DNA of 64,000 bases from Eledone cirrhosa (GCA_964016885.1 OZ024753.1:16616001-16680000); one strand, 5' to 3'. Shown: positions 34,283-48,200, counted from the stretch's first letter. Made by a program: numbers and translations. The notes: a model not told the origin generated them from the sequence alone.

Positions 34283-34498
34283 CTTTCTCACAAATGTAAG
34301 GCTACTGTAGAAAACATCTCAATTGCCATGCTGTAGAATTGTACAACATATTTTGTGTTATTCTTGAAAGTTCTAAAGAAGGTGTGAAAACTGTCAGTGA
34401 AAGGTGTGTGGGGTGGGGGTGAAGAAGGAGAAATTAAGACAAAAGGAAGGAATTTACTTCAGACTTGAAAGAGTTGAGGTGTTAAGAAGGCGGAAGAA

Positions 34499-34863
34499 AG
34501 TTCCACTATATTTGTCTCCACATACATATAGAAGACATGTGGCTTAGTGGTTAATGTGTTCAACTTGTGATCACATAGTTGTAAGTTAGAATTCCTAATG
34601 ATGCATTGCGTCCTTGAGCAAGACACTTTATTTCACGTTGCTCCCGTCAATTCTGTCCTTGAGCAAGACACTTTATTTCACATTGCTTCAGTCCATTGTG
34701 TCCTTGAGCAAGACACTTTATTTCACGTTGCTCCAGTCAATTCTGTCCTTGAGCAAGACACTTTATTTCACATTGCTTCAGTCCATTGCGTCCTTGAGCA
34801 AGATACTTTATTTCATGTTGCTCCAGTCAATTGTGTCCTTGAGCAAGACACTTTATTTCACCT
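34499..34863 (+). repeat. SINE head plus a 45-bp tandem array of its CORE-like domain (duplicate of 35825-36090)
   Basis: (gtccttgagcaagacactttatttcacattgctccagtccactgt)n, ~6 units. Confidence 0.88.
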
Positions 34864-34934
34864 AGTAATGAGGCAGTCATTCTCATTCCTGCACTCATAA
34901 ATGTATAGAGTGGAGCCTTGTTTCATGAATGGAT

Positions 34935-34935
34935 C

Positions 34936-34973
<38 letters not shown>

Positions 34974-35500
34974 GATTAACGTCCATCTTCCACGCTAGCA
35001 TGGGTTTAGACGGGTCCTATTTTGAGGCAAGTTGTGTAGGTCGGGTGACTGTGTCTTGTTCCTATAGGGGTGTTTCTGGCTGGTTTTCTACGGCTGGATG
35101 CCCTTCCTAACGCCAACCACATTGACAGTGTGGGCTGGGGGTGTGTTGGGTGTGGGGCATACTGTACATATGCTTCAGCTTGTGCTCGTGGGAAGTCGGG
35201 TACTCTGTATTACTGCATATCGCCAGTGTCAGCTCGTCTGAGAGGTGCAATTGGGCAAGGTTGGCTTTTATCACCTCATCCCAGGTCTTCCTGGGTCTCT
35301 GCACTCCAAGGTTTCCAACTACTTTGAATGCTCTGCACTTTTTTATGCAGCTGTCATCCTTCATACGCAACACATGTCCATACTGATGCAATCTCCTCTC
35401 CTTCATACAGCATTTGATTCTTCTTATGCCTAGTTTATCTCTCAGTTCATTTATGCTTCGCCGTTCTCTCAAATTACTATTACACATCCATCGGAACATG
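34935..35500 (-). mobile_element. RTE-derived composite retroposon fragment
   Basis: MFRWMCN...LRDKLGIR...RRLHQYGHVLRMKDDSCIKKC...RPRKTW, followed by a SINE-like body and (ATG)n tail. Confidence 0.85.
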
Positions 35501-35514
35501 CAAACAAATTGCAA

Positions 35515-35832
35515 ACAAATCCGTTCACGAACAATTTTTTTCTTCTTTTTTTTTCTTTTTTTCTTTTTTTTCGAACTGAAATGTCTCGGTTCACGAACGA
35601 TGTCTTCAGTTACGAACACATAAACTGGCAACAAGCTTGAAGTATCAGCAGGAAAGTGTCACTTGCTGTGTAGTTAGTTACTGTGGTAATATCTATGTCT
35701 TTCATACATTCACTCTCTCTCTCTCACTGTATTTCTCTCTCAACATTTCCTATGGGAAAAATAGTTTCTATTTATGAAAATTTTGGGTGACAAACGGCCT
35801 TCTGGAATTAAGTTCATGAACTGAGGTTCCAC
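35515..35832. mobile_element. pogo/Tigger-like DNA transposon remnant
   Basis: Repeated 'gttcacgaac' motifs and a terminal 'gttcatgaactgaggttccacta'. Confidence 0.5.
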
Positions 35833-35856
35833 TATATTTGTCTCCACATACATATA

Positions 35857-36660
35857 GAAGACATGTGGCTTAGTGGTTAATGCGTTCAACTTGTGATCAC
35901 ATAGTTGTAAGTTAGAATTCCTAATGATGCATTGCGTCCTTGAGCAAGACACTTTATTTCACGTTGCTCCAGTCAATTCTGTCCTTGAGCAAGACACTTT
36001 ATTTCACATTGCTTCAGTCCATTGTGTCCTTGAGCAAGATACTTTATTTCATGTTGCCCCAGTCAATTGTGTCCTTGAGCAAGACACTTTATTTCACGTT
36101 GCTCCAGTCCACTGTGTCCTTGAGCAAGACACTTTATTTCATGTTGCTCCAGTCCACTGTGTCCGTGAGCAAGATACTTTATTTCACCTTGCTCCAGTCA
36201 ACTGTGTCCTTGAGCAAGACACTTTATTTCACATTGCTCCAGCTCACTGTGTCCTTGAGCAAGACACTTTATTTCACATTGCTCCAGTCAACTGTGTCCT
36301 TGAGCAAGACACTTTATTTCACATTGTTCCTGTCCACTGTGTCCTTGAACATGACACTTTATTTCACATTGCTCCAGCTCACTGTGTCCTTCAGCAAGAC
36401 ACTTTATTTCACATTGCTCCAGTCCACTGTGTCCTTGAGCAAGAGACTTTTTTTCACGTTGCTCTAGTCAACTTGGCAATTGAAAAGGGCATGTCTTATA
36501 ATACACTGTCATGCTGAATCTCCCCGAGAACTAAGTTTAACACTACACATGCCTGTTGAATGCTCAGCCAATTGCAAGTTAATTTCATGAGCTGGCTGTT
36601 TCATTGCTTGACAAACAACTGGAGTATGTGCCACTGCGATTGATGAAGTTCTAACAAACA
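35857..36660 (+). mobile_element. SINE with an internally amplified 45-bp CORE-like domain (~12 units, 35935-36470)
   Basis: tRNA-like head gtggcttagtggttaa, tandem array, then unique SINE body. Confidence 0.82.
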
Positions 36661-37271
36661 CACATGACCATCATCATCATCATCATCATCATCGATTAAC
36701 GTCTATCTTCCACGCTAGCATGTGTTAGACGGGTTTGTCCCATTTAGAGGCAAATTGGGTCGGGTGATCGTGTCTCGCTCATATAGGACTGTTTTGGGCT
36801 GGTTTTCCACGGCTAGATGCCCTTCCTAACACCAACCACATTTACATTGTGGGCTGGGAGCCTTCTTACTGTCTTTTACACATCCACTTTACAGTATGGG
36901 CTGGATGTTTTGTGGTACCAGCATAATATACATGACCATTGACAGTCGATCGACTTTCATCAAATTGGACCAAGTAAACAATGTTTCCGTTGGTCTTTCC
37001 AGTTGCTAATACTTACTATCTATCGGTCGCAACTCCAGGTAGAAGGAGCAACGTGAAGTAAAGTATCTTGCTCAAGGACATAACAAATCACCCGGTCCAG
37101 GAATCGAACTCACAACCTCACGATTGTGAAACCAATTCTCGAACCAATTGTGAAGTTGTGAGTTTGATTCCCAGACCAGGCGATGCGTTAGTATATATAT
37201 ATATATATATATTATGAAAGTATTTATTATGAAAGTAAAACAAAGAAGCCTTCAATACATTAAAAGTTTTT

Positions 37272-37316
37272 ATTAGCCAACAATGTTTCGTCCTATTAAG
37301 GACTCATCAGGGCAAT
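37272..37316 (-). ncRNA. Type I minimal hammerhead ribozyme, canonical core
   Basis: ATT-GCC-CTGATGA-GTCCT(TAAT)AGGAC-GAAAC-ATT-GTT^-GGC-t-AAT. Confidence 0.88.
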
Positions 37317-37435
37317 TAAAACAACAAGAAGTATTATCGGCCAATACAAGCCGAAAATTGAGTACCTTACTATCTGTGGTTACCCCCGATTGACCTCATG
37401 ACGTATATATACATTAGTATAGTGTAAATACCAAG

Positions 37436-37535
37436 TTTAATATAGAAATGGCTTCTACAGGACTAGAACTGTTTCATTCAAAAGAAATCATCAGAAAAGA
37501 TTTCCTGATAATTTCTTTTGAATGAAACAATTCTA
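37436..37535. repeat. Head-to-head pair of hammerhead cores
   Basis: Minus CTGATGA-TTTCTTTTGAAT-GAAAC (37471-37494) and plus CTGATAA-TTTCTTTTGAAT-GAAAC (37505-37528). Confidence 0.65.
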
Positions 37536-37743
37536 ACCCCCCCCCCCCACACACACACACACACAACAGCTTTTATATTTTCTTTTTTCATTTTTGGATA
37601 TTCTTTCTGTTTCTCCGTTGTGATCCTGTCTCTATTTGTTCTCCTGAAGAAGGACTTAGGCCCGATACGTCAACTGTTTTTCTTTCCAATATAAAGCGTG
37701 AAACTATTAAGACTTTTTGTACCTCTGTTTGTTGTCTCCTTGA

Positions 37744-37797
<54 letters not shown>

Positions 37798-37798
<1 letters not shown>

Positions 37799-38357
37799 TG
37801 TCGCGGGTGGGACCAATCCAGTTGACCACCGAGTCCATTGTCATGATCAAACCGCCACCCTCCTTCAAAAACGAAGGAGAGGCGGTTTTCCTTTGCGTGA
37901 TAGCTATGGCGAAAGAGGTTGTATGGTGGACAAGGTTGAAAGGGCTGAGGTCAGACACCTTTCTCTCCGGCCAACAACTGATTCTTTTTTTCAAATACCA
38001 CTTTGGAAGAAGAATCAGGATGGAGAGAGAGGTGCTGTACCCCAGCAAGTTTTATGAAAGGTGGGTGAAAGTGGCGAGAATGGCCCGAGTGAATGGGCCT
38101 TCTCTCTATATCAGCCTGTAGGTTGAGGAAAAGGAGGAGGAGAGGAAAGGAGTACAAGCTCTTCGTACTCCTGGAGATGAGGGTTGCACATTTTTTTCGG
38201 GGGTCTGTGTTACCCATATAAACTGTCTCCCTCTATTGGGGAAAATCGACTAACTTTTAAATTCCATCTGTGATAACATTTTACACATTTTTATTGTATG
38301 TAAACTTCCCCCTTTGTATTTGTCCCCTTCTTTTGTGCCCCTATGGCTAATAAAGAA

Positions 38358-38411
<54 letters not shown>

Positions 38412-38460
38412 GTATTTGTCCTCTTCTTTTGTGCCCCTGTGGCTAATAAAGAAACATATC
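37798..38460 (+). mobile_element. L1/Tx1-like LINE 3' fragment embedded in (TATC)n, with a duplicated 3' end
   Basis: ORF end ...IAMAKEVVWWTRLKG...FFKYH...RIRMER...KFYERWVKVA; AATAAA tail; (TATC)n at 37745-37797 and 38358-38408; the last ~45 bp are repeated at 38409-38455. Confidence 0.65.
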
Positions 38461-38509
38461 TATGGATATGGCGCATGTCTCTCAGACATGACACCCTTAA
38501 TTTAATTTT

Positions 38510-38524
38510 GGATATATATATATG

Positions 38525-38563
<39 letters not shown>

Positions 38564-38651
38564 TTATACACACACAAATATATATATATATATGTATGTA
38601 TATATATATATGCACACACATATATATATGTATACACACACACATACACAC

Positions 38652-38704
<53 letters not shown>

Positions 38705-38827
38705 TATATATATATACACATATACATACACATATATATTTTTATATATACACACACACATATATATATACACACACATATATATATATAGAGAGAGACA
38801 AACACACACACGCACACACAAACACAA

Positions 38828-38858
<31 letters not shown>

Positions 38859-38910
38859 CACACACACAAATGCACACACACATACACAGATAGCCATACA
38901 CAATACAATA
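38510..38910. repeat. (TA)n/(CA)n microsatellites
   Basis: Directly visible. Confidence 0.95.
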
Positions 38911-39159
38911 TGTGAGCGTGTGAAAAAATGGCTCCATCAAAAATACGGAAGTTGGTGATAATGTCTCATGATTTTTTCTTTAAAAGCCAATTTCTCCATC
39001 ACCTCCTCGACAACCTTCCCATCATGCACTCCACTTCCTTCCACCATCACATTTGACACTAGGGGTCTTTTTACTGTTTCTCTTTCAGTTTTTTTTGTGG
39101 TTTTTATTTTTTATTTATTTTTTATGTTGTGTTAGGTTGTATTTTTTTTTGGTGGAATA

Positions 39160-40525
39160 ATGGTGGTGGTGGGTGCTACTGGTGGGGGGGGGGGGGTGAT
39201 TGTGGTGGTGGTGGTGGTGGTGATTGTGGTGGTGGGGTGGTGGTGGTGGTGGTGGTGATGATGATGCTACTGGTGGGGGGGGGGTAGTGGGTGTGATGGT
39301 GATTGTGGTGGTGGTGGTGGTTGTGGTGGTTGTGGTCATTGTGATGATGATGATGGCTGTGATGATGGTAAGGTTAGGGATGTAGTGGTGATGTTGGTGA
39401 TAGTGGTGTTGGTGGTGTTGGTGATGGTGGTGTTGGTGATAGTGGTGTTGGTGGTGTTGGTGATGGTGGTGTTGGTGATAGTGATGTTGGTGATAGTGGT
39501 GTTGGTGGTGTTGGTGATGGTGGTGATAGTGATGTTGGTGGTGGCGGTGGTGATGTTGGTGATAGTGATGTTGGTGGTGGTGTTGGTGGTGATGGTGGTG
39601 TTGGTGATGGTGGTGTTGATGATAGTGGTGATGTTGGTAGTGGCGGTGGTGATGTTGGTGATAGTGATGTTGGTGGTGGTGTTGGTGGTGATGTTGGTGG
39701 TGTTGGTGATGGTGGTGTTGGTGATAGTGGTGATGTTGGTGGTGGCGGTAGTGATGTTGGTGATAGTGATGTTGGTGGTGGTGTTGGTGGTGGTGTTGGT
39801 GGCGTTGGTGATGGTGGTGTTGGTGATAGTGGTGATGTTGGTGGTGGCGGTGGTGATGTTGATGATAATGATGTTGGTGGTGGTGGTGGTGTTGGTGGAG
39901 TTGATGATAGTGATGGTGTTGGTGATGGTGATGTTGGTGGTGTTGGTGGTAGCGGTGTTGGTGGTGATGTTGGTGGTGGTGGTGATAGTGGTGGTGGTGG
40001 TGGTGGGCATTGTGGTGGTGGTGGTGGTGGTGATGGTGGTGGTGTTGGTGGTGGTGATGTTGGTGAAGGTGGTGGTGATGGTGGTGATGGTGATGATAGT
40101 GGTGTTGGTGGTGGTGATGGTGATGATAGTGAAGGTGGTGGTGATGGTGGTGGTGATAGTGGTGGTTGTGGTGGTGATGTTGGTGATACTGGTGGTGTTG
40201 GTGGTGGTGATAGTGATGATAGTGAAGGTGGTGGTGGTGGTGATGGTGATGATAGTGATTGTGATGGTGTTGATACTGATGCTGATGATGACAGTGGTGG
40301 AGATGGTGATGTAAGTGACAATATGGATGATGTCAGCAGTCATGGTGATGATGATGATAGTGTCAGTGATGGTGGGGATGTTGATGACAGTAGTGGTTGT
40401 GATGATGGTATTGATGATGACTATTGTGGTGGTGATGGTGGTGGTGTTGGTGATGATGGTGATGATGATGACTATTGTGGTGGTGATGGTGATGGTGATA
40501 GTGTTGGTGGTGGTGATGATGGTGA

Positions 40526-40559
<34 letters not shown>

Positions 40560-40700
40560 GGTGGGGGTGGTGGTGGTGGTGGTGGTGGTGGTGGTGGGGG
40601 TGGTGGTGGTGGTGGTGGTGATGGTGAACGGTGATGGTGGCGGTGGTGATGGTGGTGGTGGTGATAATGTTAATGATGCTAGTGATGATGATGATGTAGC
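39160..40700. repeat. (GGT)/(GAT) trinucleotide low-complexity tract
   Basis: Directly visible; open in several frames. Confidence 0.92.
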
Positions 40701-42229
40701 TGTTTGTAAAATATTCTGATGGAATCGCAGGAAATAATATTTCAAATTGGAAGTAATTTCACCACCACCGCTTCCCCTCTCTCTTCCCCCTTGTGTTTTG
40801 GGGGGCGTGGTGGGAGTAGGGTGGTTGTGAGGGTAGTGGTGGTGGGGCGGGGGGGGGGATTGTATTTTCTGTATAATTCTTACTTTTCCCCCTTAAAACA
40901 CATCCCCCCCCTTTCCCCTCCCCCGACTTCGCATGATTGTGTGTTTGTTGTTGTTGTTGTTAGGAATACTTCAAGTCATCTGGTTGTCTGGGAAGAAATA
41001 AACACACACACACACAGACACATATATATAGAGAGAGATATACACATACATACTTGTGTGTACATACTAACACATATATGGTGGTGGCTGCCAACACGTT
41101 TTCAAGTACGGCCACTACTTTATATCCATGTAGGAGAACCCCTACCGAAGCGCTCAACGACTGTGACTTTTTAGTCCAGCCAGCGACTTGAAAACTCTGG
41201 TACAAACACTACACTTGTGACAATTATGGACACATAGTGCTGGGCCCATGGTACCATGTGATGACAAGTGCAGAGAGATCTCCAGATATAAAGCAATGCC
41301 TGTGCCGTGAAGCTTTTATACTGAGCAAAGGCACTGCACAAAGCCAGTCCCACTCTCTTAACCAAGATGATATTTACCAAAAAGAAGAACGAGTCAACAT
41401 CATTGGATACCATCAGGGTTGCAGGTGTTATATCAGAGTTTTCCTTCTCCTAGAATTCTGCCTTGACAAAGGCTAAGGGGTCATCTTTCCCGGTGATTTT
41501 GGATGGCCATTGACTCTTAAGAGCTCCTTTGTCCTTTGAGAGGTTTTGTTTTTAGTCCTGCAGGATATCACCCTCCTCACCAAGAAACTTTGGTGGGGTT
41601 GCCAGTTTAGTCGCCAATGACCCGACCAAGAGACAGGTTGTACTGGGATACATGTTACCAGTATATCTGCTACTAACACATATATACACACATATATACA
41701 AACACACACATTCACACACATATGTATATATATACATTCTGTTACATTTACTGTGGCCATGCTGGGGCACTACCTCTGTATATATTGTTTCAAGCCTTGT
41801 ACTTATTTTACTGGTCTAACTTTTGAAGCTCTACTAAGTTACAGAGACACAAATCCAAACACAGACAAGTGCACAAGGCCAACAATTTTAGGGTGGGGAG
41901 GAGAAAGTCTATTAAATTGACTCTAGTGCATTACTGGTACTGCATTTTATTGACCGCGTATGAATGAAAAGCCAAACTAACTTTAGTAGGATTTGAACTC
42001 AAATGTAAGTGGCTATAACTATATGTCTCAAAGCATATCCGATGCTTTAGTGATTACAACTTGCATATACAGGTTTCTAATTTATATATAATTAATTTTT
42101 ATTGTCTATTTTATTTTATATTTACTGATTTATTTATTTATTTAGCTATTAATTGTGTGTGTCTGGTGTTTATGAGGGGTTCATGGATTCTATGTTTGGT
42201 TTTCCCACTCCCCCTTTCCTCCCTATCAT

Positions 42230-45200
42230 TATTGACGATGGGGACTTTCATTATGATGTCGTCTTCGACAACTGTCCCCTCGCTGAGCTAGTTGCAGTTC
42301 TGAAACAGTGCAGCCATTCTTCGTTTCCTCCAGCCTCTGCAACTTGCAGTCAGATAATGCCAGGTTGAGAGGTTAAAGCCGAAGACAGATCCTCTCTTAA
42401 TGCTGTTCTTCCAGCTCTCCCGTGGCCAGCCTCCATTTCTCTTATTACTAAGACAGATGCTCTCTTAATGCTGTTCTTCCAGCTCTCCCGTGGCCAGCTT
42501 CCATTTCTCTTATTACTAAGACAGATCCTCTCTTAATGCTGTTCTTCCAGCTCTCCCGTGGCCAGCCTCCATTTCTCTTATTACTAAGACAGATCCTCTC
42601 TTAATACAGTTCTTCCAGCTCTCCCGTGGCCAGCCTCCATTTCTCTTATTACTAAGACAGATCCTCTCTTAATGCAGTTCTTCCAGCTCTCCCGTGGCCA
42701 GCCTCCATTTCTCTTATTACTAAGACAGATCCTCTCTTAATGCTGTTCTTCCAGCTCTCCCGTGGCCAGCCTCCATTTCTCTTATTACTAAGACAGATCC
42801 TCTCTTAATGCAGTTCTTTCAGCTCTCCCGTGGCCAGCCTCCATTTCTCTTATTAATAAGACAGATCCTCTCTTAATGCAGTTCTTCCAGCTCTCCCGTG
42901 GCCAGCCTCCATTTCTCTTATTACTAAGACAGATCCTCTCTTAATGCTGTTCTTCCAGCTCTCCCGTGGCCAGCCTCCATTTCTCTTATTACTAAGATAG
43001 ATCCTCTCTTAATGCAGTTCTTCCAGCTCTCCCGTGGCCAGCCTCCATTTCTCTTATTACTAAGACAGATCCTCTCTTATTACAGTTCTTCCAGCTCTCC
43101 CGTGGCCAGCCTCCATTTCTCTTATTACTAAGACAGATCCTCTCTTATTACAGTTCTTCCAGCTCTCCCGTGGCCAGCCTCCATTTCTCTTATTAATAAG
43201 ACAGATCCTCTCTTAATGCAGTTCTTTCAGCTCTCCCGTGGCCAGCCTCCATTTCTCTTATTACTAAGACAGATCCTCTCTTAATGCAGTTCTTTCAGCT
43301 CTCCCGTGGCCAGCCTCCATTTCTCTTATTAATAAGACAGATCCTCTCTTAATGCAGTTCTTCCAGCTCTCCCGTGGCCAGCCTCCATTTCTCTTATTAC
43401 TAAGACAGATCCTCTCTTAATGCTGTTCTTCCAGCTCTCCCGTGGCCAGCCTCCATTTCTCTTATTACTAAGATAGATCCTCTCTTAATGCAGTTCTTCC
43501 AGCTCTCCCGTGGCCAGCCTCCATTTCTCTTATTACTAAGACAGATCCTCTCTTATTACAGTTCTTCCAGCTCTCCCGTGGCCAGCCTCCATTTCTCTTA
43601 TTACTAAGACAGATCCTCTCTTATTACAGTTCTTCCAGCTCTCCCGTGGCCAGCCTCCATTTCTCTTATTAATAAGACAGATCCTCTCTTAATGCAGTTC
43701 TTCCAGCTCTCCCGTGGCCAGCCTCCATTTCTCTTATTACTAAGACAGATCCTCTCTTATTACAGTTCTTCCAGCTCTCCCGTGGCCAGCCTCCATTTCT
43801 CTTATTACTAAGACAGATCCTCTCTTATTACAGTTCTTCCAGCTCTCCCGTGGCCAGCCTCCATTTCTCTTATTAATAAGACAGATCCTCTCTTAATGCA
43901 GTTCTTTCAGCTCTCCCGTGGCCAGCCTCCATTTCTCTTATTACTAAGACAGATCCTCTCTTAATGCAGTTCTTCCAGCTCTCCCGTGGCCAGCCTCCAT
44001 TTCTCTTATTACTAAGACAGATCCTCTCTTAATGCAGTTCTTTCAGCTCTCCCGTGGCCAGCCTCCATTTCTCTTATTAATAAGACAGATCCTCTCTTAA
44101 TGCAGTTCTTCCAGCTCTCCCGTGGCCAGCCTCCATTTCTCTTATTACTAAGACAGATCCTCTCTTAATGCTGTTCTTCCAGCTCTCCCGTGGCCAGCCT
44201 CCATTTCTCTTATTACTAAGACAGATCCTCTCTTAATGCAGTTCTTTCAGCTCTCCCGTGGCCAGCCTCCATTTCTCTTATTACTAAGACAGATCCTCTC
44301 TTAATGCTGTTCTTCCAGCTCTCCCGTGGCCAGCCTCCATTTCTCTTATTACTAAGACAGATCCTCTCTTAATGCAGTTCTTCCAGCTCTCCCGTGGCCA
44401 GCCTCCATTTCTCTTATTACTAAGACAGATCCTCTCTTAATGCAGTTCTTCCAGCTCTCCCGTGGCCAGCCTCCATTTCTCTTATTACTAAGACAGATCC
44501 TCTCTTAATGCTGTTCTTCCAGCTCTCCCGTGGCCAGCCTCCATTTCTCTTATTACTAAGACAGATCCTCTCTTAATGCAGTTCTTCCAGCTCTCCCGTG
44601 GCCAGCCTCCATTTCTCTTATTACTAAGACAGATCCTCTCTTAATGCAGTTCTTCCAGCTCTCCCGTGGCCAGCCTCCATTTCTCTTATTACTAAGACAG
44701 ATCCTCTCTTAATGCTGTTCTTCCAGCTCTCCCGTGACCAGCCTCCATTTCTCTTATTACTAAGACAGATCCTCTCTTAATACAGTTCTTCCAGCTCTCC
44801 CGTGGCCAGCCTCCATTTCTCTTGTTACTAAGACAGATCCTCTCTTAATACAGTTCTTCCAGCTCTCCCGTGGCCAGCTTCCATTTCTCTTATTACTAAG
44901 ACAGATCCTCTCTTAATACAGTTCTTCCAGCTCTCCCGTGACCAGCCTCCATTTCTCTTATTACTAAGACAGATCCTCTCTTAATACAGTTCTTCCAGCT
45001 CTCCCGTGACCAGCCTCCATTTCTCTTATTACTAAGACAGATCCTCTCTTAATGCAGTTCTTCCAGCTCTCCCGTGACCAGCCTCCATTTCTCTTATTAC
45101 TAAGACAGATCCTCTCATAATACAGTTCTTCCAGCTCTCCCGTGGCCAGCCTCCATTTCTCTTGTTACTACCACAGATCCTCTCTTAATACAGTTCTTCC

Positions 45201-48200
45201 AGCTCTCCCGTGGCCAGCCTCCATTTCTCTTATTACTAAGACAGATCCTCTCTTAATGCAGTTCTTCCAGCTCTCCCGTGACCAGCCTCCATTTCTCTTA
45301 TTACTAAGACAGATCCTCTCTTAATACAGTTCTTCCAGCTCTCCCGTGGCCAGCTTCCATTTCTCTTGTTACTACCACAGATCCTCTCTTAATACAGTTC
45401 TTCCAGCTCTCCCGTGACCAGCCTCCATTTCTCTTGTTACTACCACAGATCCTCTCTTAATACAGTTCTTCCAGCTCTCCCGTGACCAGCCTCCATTTCT
45501 CTTGTTACTAAGACAGATCCTCTCTTAATACAGTTCTTCCAGCTCTCCCGTGACCAGCCTCCATTTCTCTTGTTACTACCACAGATCCTCTCTTAATACA
45601 GTTCTTCCAGCTCTCCCGTGACCAGCCTCCATTTCTCTTGTTACTAAGACAGATCCTCTCTTAATACAGTTCTTCCAGCTCTCCCGTGACCAGCCTCCAT
45701 TTCTCTTATTACTAAGACAGATCCTCTCTTAATACAGTTCTTCCAGCTCTCCCGTGACCAGCCTCCATTTCTCTTATTACTAAGACAGATCCTCTCTTAA
45801 TACAGTTCTTCCAGCTCTCCCGTGACCAGCCTCCATTTCTCTTGTTACTACCACAGATCCTCTCTTAATACAGTTCTTCCAGCTCTCCCGTGACCAGCCT
45901 CCATTTCTCTTGTTACTAAGACAGATCCTCTCTTAATACAGTTCTTCCAGCTCTCCCGTGACCAGCCTCCATTTCTCTTATTACTAAGACAGATCCTCTC
46001 TTAATACAGTTCTTCCAGCTCTCCCGTGGCCAGCCTCCATTTCTCTTGTTACTACCACAGATCCTCTCTTAATACAGTTCTTCCAGCTCTCCCGTGACCA
46101 GCCTCCATTTCTCTTGTTACTAAGACAGATCCTCTCTTAATGCAGTTCTTTCAGCTCTCCCGTGGCCAGCCTCCATTTCTCTTATTAATAAGACAGATCC
46201 TCTCTTAATGCAGTTCTTCCAGCTCTCCCGTGGCCAGCCTCCATTTCTCTTATTACTAAGACAGATCCTCTCTTAATGCTGTTCTTCCAGCTCTCCCGTG
46301 GCCAGCCTCCATTTCTCTTATTACTAAGACAGATCCTCTCTTAATGCAGTTCTTTCAGCTCTCCCGTGGCCAGCCTCCATTTCTCTTATTACTAAGACAG
46401 ATCCTCTCTTAATGCTGTTCTTCCAGCTCTCCCGTGGCCAGCCTCCATTTCTCTTATTACTAAGACAGATCCTCTCTTAATGCAGTTCTTCCAGCTCTCC
46501 CGTGGCCAGCCTCCATTTCTCTTATTACTAAGACAGATCCTCTCTTAATGCAGTTCTTCCAGCTCTCCCGTGGCCAGCCTCCATTTCTCTTATTACTAAG
46601 ACAGATCCTCTCTTAATGCTGTTCTTCCAGCTCTCCCGTGGCCAGCCTCCATTTCTCTTATTACTAAGACAGATCCTCTCTTAATGCAGTTCTTCCAGCT
46701 CTCCCGTGGCCAGCCTCCATTTCTCTTATTACTAAGACAGATCCTCTCTTAATGCAGTTCTTCCAGCTCTCCCGTGGCCAGCCTCCATTTCTCTTATTAC
46801 TAAGACAGATCCTCTCTTAATGCTGTTCTTCCAGCTCTCCCGTGACCAGCCTCCATTTCTCTTATTACTAAGACAGATCCTCTCTTAATACAGTTCTTCC
46901 AGCTCTCCCGTGGCCAGCCTCCATTTCTCTTGTTACTAAGACAGATCCTCTCTTAATACAGTTCTTCCAGCTCTCCCGTGGCCAGCTTCCATTTCTCTTA
47001 TTACTAAGACAGATCCTCTCTTAATACAGTTCTTCCAGCTCTCCCGTGACCAGCCTCCATTTCTCTTATTACTAAGACAGATCCTCTCTTAATACAGTTC
47101 TTCCAGCTCTCCCGTGACCAGCCTCCATTTCTCTTATTACTAAGACAGATCCTCTCTTAATGCAGTTCTTCCAGCTCTCCCGTGACCAGCCTCCATTTCT
47201 CTTATTACTAAGACAGATCCTCTCTTAATACAGTTCTTCCAGCTCTCCCGTGGCCAGCCTCCATTTCTCTTGTTACTACCACAGATCCTCTCTTAATACA
47301 GTTCTTCTAGCTCTCCCGTGGCCAGCCTCCATTTCTCTTATTACTAAGACAGATCCTCTCTTAATGCAGTTCTTCCAGCTCTCCCGTGACCAGCCTCCAT
47401 TTCTCTTATTACTAAGACAGATCCTCTCTTAATACAGTTCTTCCAGCTCTCCCGTGGCCAGCTTCCATTTCTCTTGTTACTACCACAGATCCTCTCTTAA
47501 TACAGTTCTTCCAGCTCTCCCGTGACCAGCCTCCATTTCTCTTGTTACTACCACAGATCCTCTCTTAATACAGTTCTTCCAGCTCTCCCGTGACCAGCCT
47601 CCATTTCTCTTGTTACTAAGACAGATCCTCTCTTAATACAGTTCTTCCAGCTCTCCCGTGACCAGCCTCCATTTCTCTTGTTACTACCACAGATCCTCTC
47701 TTAATACAGTTCTTCCAGCTCTCCCGTGACCAGCCTCCATTTCTCTTGTTACTAAGACAGATCCTCTCTTAATACAGTTCTTCCAGCTCTCCCGTGACCA
47801 GCCTCCATTTCTCTTGTTACTAAGACAGATCCTCTCTTAATACAGTTCTTCCAGCTCTCCCGTGACCAGCCTCCATTTCTCTTATTACTAAGACAGATCC
47901 TCTCTTAATACAGTTCTTCCAGCTCTCCCGTGACCAGCCTCCATTTCTCTTGTTACTACCACAGATCCTCTCTTAATACAGTTCTTCCAGCTCTCCCGTG
48001 ACCAGCCTCCATTTCTCTTGTTACTAAGACAGATCCTCTCTTAATACAGTTCTTCCAGCTCTCCCGTGACCAGCCTCCATTTCTCTTATTACTAAGACAG
48101 ATCCTCTCTTAATACAGTTCTTCCAGCTCTCCCGTGGCCAGCCTCCATTTCTCTTGTTACTACCACAGATCCTCTCTTAATACAGTTCTTCCAGCTCTCC

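Noticed and set aside
39336-40745. 469-aa Thr-rich mucin-like ORF
   Set aside because: Trinucleotide low-complexity DNA open in multiple frames, with no unique domain.
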